From: Sulfolobaceae archaeon
GTDB taxonomy: Archaea; Thermoproteota; Thermoprotei_A; Sulfolobales; Sulfolobaceae
DNA: 64,000 nucleotides
Direction of reading: 5' to 3'
NCBI GenBank assembly: GCA_038893355.1
Contig: JAWARQ010000002.1
Location: forward strand, 96,001 to 160,000
In this document: piece after piece, positions 63,709 through 64,000 of the stretch
Layout of the letters: the number at the start of each line of letters is the position of its first letter
Position numbering within the stretch: position 1 is the first letter of the stretch
Made by a program: the position numbers and the translations under genes
The notes under the pieces: model-generated
Databases searched by the model: none
Told to the model about the DNA's origin: nothing
The model's input: the letters and a program-made list of their open reading frames with translations, nothing else

Positions 63709-64000
63709 ATGATAACAATAAAAGTAGTCTTTACACCTACAGATGATCAAGGATTGTTAAGTCTAATTTATTTAAATGTTAATAAATTAAAAAACTTATT
63801 TAAAGATGAAATAAAAATATTGCCTGAAACAGATATTTTAAATAATGGTCCACCATATATTGAATTCTTAAATAAGAGAATATATATAAGTAATATTGGA
63901 GATGATCTAATAGAGATATTTGAGAGAATAATGAATAAAAAGGAGAATAATACGTTTGATGAAAATTTAATAAATTCTATAAAAAGAGATAAGTTACACC
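63709..64000 (+). CDS. Hypothetical protein, truncated by window end
   Basis: ATG 63709, open frame MITIKVVFTPTDDQGLL... with no stop before 64000. Confidence 0.55.
   Translation, partial: MITIKVVFTPTDDQGLLSLIYLNVNKLKNLFKDEIKILPETDILNNGPPYIEFLNKRIYISNIGDDLIEIFERIMNKKENNTFDENLINSIKRDKLH

Overview
A 64-kb, AT-rich, gene-dense chromosomal segment from a crenarchaeon of the order Sulfolobales. The assignment rests on the Zn-ferredoxin Zfx, PriX, an Lrs14-family regulator, Dbh/Dpo4, a CedB-like ATPase and the lysYZM-WXJK cluster. The window holds about 65 CDSs, including dpp and liv ABC operons, cobalamin/thiamine genes (cobD-like, thiC, bluB), a CS2 hydrolase and GAPN. Features missing from the ORF track and found by reading the DNA: tRNA-Ile(GAT); tRNA-Lys(CTT) with a 15-nt BHB intron at non-canonical position 30/31; a C/D-box guide sRNA; lysW; a LysM operator; an IS200/IS605-like end remnant; and a perfect 31-bp tandem duplication. 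The best candidate for an undescribed system is the 36-51 kb catabolic cluster: CoA ligase, acyl-CoA dehydrogenase, PaaI thioesterase, a lone xanthine-oxidase-family Mo subunit, an orphan DmsB-DmsC fusion, a gamma-delta-alpha-beta 2-oxoacid oxidoreductase, rhodanese and FixABCX. Its layout recalls bacterial pad (phenylacetate alpha-oxidation) and hmf (furoyl-CoA) clusters; that functional reading is inference. No CRISPR array, rRNA or intact mobile element was seen. All product calls come from motif recognition, not database searches.
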